A stretch of DNA of 63,609 nt, filler included, from Folioceros fuciformis (lineage: Eukaryota): assembly GCA_049999805.1 (NCBI GenBank). It is 4 parts of 3 records of this genome, joined end to end, with 100 filler letters (N's around TTAATTAATTAA, not from the genome) between each part and the next. Parts side by side here need not be neighbours in the genome. Positions count along the whole stretch, not along the records: positions 51,228 to 63,609 come from JBNGIO010006399.1; 3 more parts are not named here. One strand, 5' to 3'. Both the position numbers and the translations under genes were made by a program. This document shows, in pieces, positions 59,867-63,609 of the stretch. The notes under the pieces are model-generated. The model was given only the letters and a program-made list of their open reading frames with translations. It was not told the DNA's origin and made no database searches. Position 1 is the first letter of the stretch; each line of letters starts with the position of its first letter.

Positions 59867-62800
59867 GATACTGCTGCTGAAATGTGGTCGACTTTCGATC
59901 AGATGTTCCAAAGTAAAAACTCTGCCTCCATGGTAAATTCCACAAGGGCTTTCTGGCATCTGAAGATGCATGAAAGTGAACCTATTGAAGCTCACCTTAA
60001 TAAGTTCAGAGCTCTTAGAGCACGGCTTGCCTCCTGTGGTACCAAATTGGATGAGACACAAGCTGCCACAGCCTTGCTCATGTCTCTTCCCTCCAGCTAC
60101 CGAACGTTTTTATCTTCACAGAACAACAACATGAGGGCAGCTGGAGGAGGAAACCTCACTGAGGTAATTGGTGCACTGTTAGAAGAAGAAGCGACTCGCC
60201 ATGGAAGTCGTCATGAAGGTAGGCACGAAGGAGCAGTAGGCTCAAGTCGGGCACTATACTCATCTAAAGGGAAGGGACCTTGCATGTCAAATGGCAGGCA
60301 AGGTGGAAAGCGTACCTCTGAATCAAAACCCTACAACTCGAAGAAGAAGGGAGCTTGCAATTGGTGTAAGATCCCTGGACACTTTGAGAAGGACTGCCGT
60401 AAGAAAGCTGCTGGAGAGCCTAAGAGGGATGCATCTTCCAGTGTTGAATCACATACGGCTTCAGTCAAGAAAACTGGCACTATCTTGGCAACCTGCCTTG
60501 TATCTTCAAACGAAGATAAAAAGTGCTGGTTCATGGACTCAGGCGCTACCCATCATGTATGTAATCAACATGATGCTTTTGTAGACTACAAGCCAGCATT
60601 AAATGGTCAGACTATCTTTGTAGGAGATGATAGAGATCTGCCCATCTTAGGAACTGGTTCAGTCCCACTCAGCCTGCCATATGGACACAAGATCACATTA
60701 TTAGATGTTCTGCATGTTCCTCGCATGGTCAAGAATCTTGTGTCAGTAAAGAAGATGAAGATCTCCTTACCCAGAGTAAGTGTGTTGTTCGAATCCGAGC
60801 CTGATGAGTGCCAAATTGAACAAGATGGACTCCTCCTGGCCAAGGCTTATCCCTTAAATGATCTGTACAAGCTAGAGTGTACTCCTTTGAGAGTACACAC
60901 AGCTGCTCATCTCACGTAAGCTGAGCATGCAGCTAACTTCAAGCTATGGCATCATCGCCTTGGTCACATAAATGTGCGAAGGATGAAGCAAGCAGCTGAA
61001 GGAAATTTGTACAAGGAACCACTAAAGATTATGCCACAACCCAAGCTTTTCTGTGAACCATGTATCTATGGCAAGCATCACAAGCCGCCACATATAGATA
61101 AGGATCATACTCGAGCTAAGGCTTTGCTTGAATTAGTTCACTCTGACTTATGTGGCCCCATGTCCAAATGTTCATTTGGGGGGGCTACGTACTTCCTCTC
61201 CTTCATTGATGATTGGAGCAGGTTTACGGTTGTGTATTTCCTGTCAAGAAAGTCACAAACGTTAGGATTCTTTAAAGACTACCTAGCAAATTAACAACGT
61301 TAGACATCTCATCTTCTGAAAATACTCAGAACAAATGGAGGGGGAGAGTATGGGTCCAATGCATTCAAACAACTTTGCAGGGACTTAGGTATTTCACAAC
61401 AACTTACCCTCTCCTACACATCAAAACAGAACCCTATAGCTGAAAGGAGTAATGGCACAATCCAAGAGCAGGCCAAGGCCTCTCTGTCACAAGCTGGGCT
61501 GTCCTTGGGGTATTGCGCAGAAGCCGTTGCAACTGCTGTCTATATCAAGAATCGGACCCCAACCACAGCAGTACCTGGCAGCACTTCGTTTGAGCGATGG
61601 ACAGGGCACAAGCCTCGGATTCTTCATCTGCGGGTGTTTGGGAGCCCTAGGGGCCTATGCACGTATTCCAAAAGAGAAACGTAAGAAAATGCAAGCAAAT
61701 GCCACCAAGTGTATCTTTGTGGGGTACACCGAGGGTATAAAAGGCTACAAGCTGTTCAACCCTGCAAATCACAAAGTGATACATGCTCGCAGTGTCATTT
61801 TTGATGAAGATGCTATTCTTAACAAGGTTTCTACACTTGTACAATGCGGTTTAGAGTCTGGAGAAGTCCAAGATGAAGCAGAGATTGTCTATTCCGAAGC
61901 AGACAGTGAGGAGGACGCTGGAAACCAACTCAGGGGTCTCCAGTCTGCTAGGTCTTCTGAGGGCTCTGAAGACGAGTCCTCTGCATCTGCGAGTGACGAA
62001 CAATCTGATTCACAATCTGAACCTGCTGAAGACAATCTTCCTGCAGAAGAAGTCAGCTACTTCTCATCCAACTCTCAGTCTAAACATAACCTTGACACTG
62101 AGTCAGAGGACGATGCTGCACTTACTAGTGATGTCGAGACAACCCCTGCTCCTGTATCATTGCATTGCAGTGGGAGAGTGTCCCATTCAAGGGAACATTG
62201 GATTGAGCGTCCGTATACTCCACCGAGCAATTCCCTAAGGCCCTCTCGCCGATCTGTTCGCAAGAAACCACAGGTCCCTAATCCCACCTTCACCTTTGGC
62301 ACTGTTAATGCTGGGGGGGGGACATCGTCTACGGAGGGAGCTGTGCTTGAGAAAAATAAGATACCTAACGAGGGCATTGCATCTGGAGAGGGTGCTACAT
62401 TTGGAGAGGGAGCTGATGATCATGAGGGAGCATTGAATGAAGTGTACCTTGCTGGTTTAACTCCAAAACAACGCAACATTGCCCAAGCACTTATTGTTGA
62501 GGCTCTCTCTGTTGTTGAGCATGCTGGGGAACCAGTCACCATGACAGAAGCTCTAATTGGACCACATGGTGCTGACTGGCAAGCTGCTATTAAGTCTAAA
62601 TATGATAGCCTAGTTCAGAATGGCACTTGGAAATTGGAGCCGTTACCACCAAGAAGAAAAGCAGTCACATACAAATGGGTCTTCAAAACAAAGCTGAATC
62701 CTGATGGCTCCGTTGCAAGATACAAGGTCAGGTTGGTTGCTCGAGGTTTCTCGCAGCAGCCAGGTCTTGACTACCATGACACTTTTTCTCCAGTGGTCAC

Positions 62801-63609
62801 ATTTACCTCAATTCGTGTCCTTCTTGCTTTTGTAGCACAAAATGATCTCATTGTGCATCATATAGACGTAAAAACAGCTTTCCTGCATGGAGAGTTAGAG
62901 GAGGATGTTTATATGAAACAACCAGAAGGGTATGTAGATAAGAAACATCCCAGCCATGTGTGTAAGCTAATAAAAACAATCTATGGTCTCAAACAGCCTC
63001 CTAGGGCATGGTTTCAAAAATTCAATACCTTCCTCAAGTCTTTAGGGTTTAAGGAGAGTGATGCAGACTCAAATGTTTACCTCTGCACGGATGGAGACAT
63101 GTTTGTAATCATAGCTTTGTACGTAGACGATGCTCTACTTATTAGTAATAGCCCTGGAGACATGCTAATCAGAGTCAAAGGTCTGTTGTGCAAGAATTTC
63201 GAGATGATAGACCTTGGTGTTATTTGTGTCTTCTTGGGAGTACAAGTGCTACTTGTACCTGCAAAAGGGTCAGTACTGCTGCACCAAGCACACTACATCG
63301 ACTTGATGCTCAAAATGTTTAACATGGAAGATGCCAAACCTATGAGTACTCCAATGGCAATTGGAACACGGCTGTCCAAGCTTGACTGTCCAAAGACTGA
63401 TGAAGAAAGAGCCACAATGCAAGCTGTTCCATATAGGAAGTTTGTGGGCTTTGCACTGTACCTATCTACAAGAACCAGGTTGGACCTCAGCCAGCCATGT
63501 GGGATTCTCTCTCAGTTTGTAGAAGACCTTGGTACAACACATTGGACAGCTGGTAAGCGTGTTATGAGGTATCTCAAGGGAACGAGAAACTATGGACTTT
63601 GCTATCGCA
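59867..63609 (+). mobile_element. Degenerate Ty1/Copia element C (gag C-terminal part, PR, IN, RT), 5'-truncated by element B, runs off the window
   Basis: LLMSLPSSY, CNWCKIPGHFEKDC, WFMDSGATHH, LVHSDLCGP, DVKTAFLHG, LYVDD; several stops (e.g. 60917, 61292) and frameshifts. Confidence 0.92.

Overview
Gene-dense land-plant nuclear scaffold with ~90-130 bp introns; a non-seed plant is likely but is only an inference. The window is stitched at three artificial N-TTAATTAATTAA-N spacers. Genes: an intronless RNA polymerase IV largest-subunit gene (NRPD1-like), a GH9C endoglucanase with CBM49, an intronless Pol III subunit NRPC7/RPC25 head-to-head with an intron-rich POLD1, REX4, an intronless bacterial-type sarcosine-oxidase-like flavoprotein (HGT candidate) and two ceQORH paralogues. 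Disabled or pseudogene-like genes: three LEA_2/NHL-like copies, an F-box gene and a repeat-expanded UAS-UBX gene. RNA genes: tRNA-Leu(CAG) and a minus-strand cluster of at least three box C/D snoRNAs not visible in the ORF track. Mobile DNA: a decayed CRE-like non-LTR retrotransposon, a Harbinger transposase remnant and a nest of three Ty1/Copia elements, including a very young one with near-identical LTRs but no target-site duplication.
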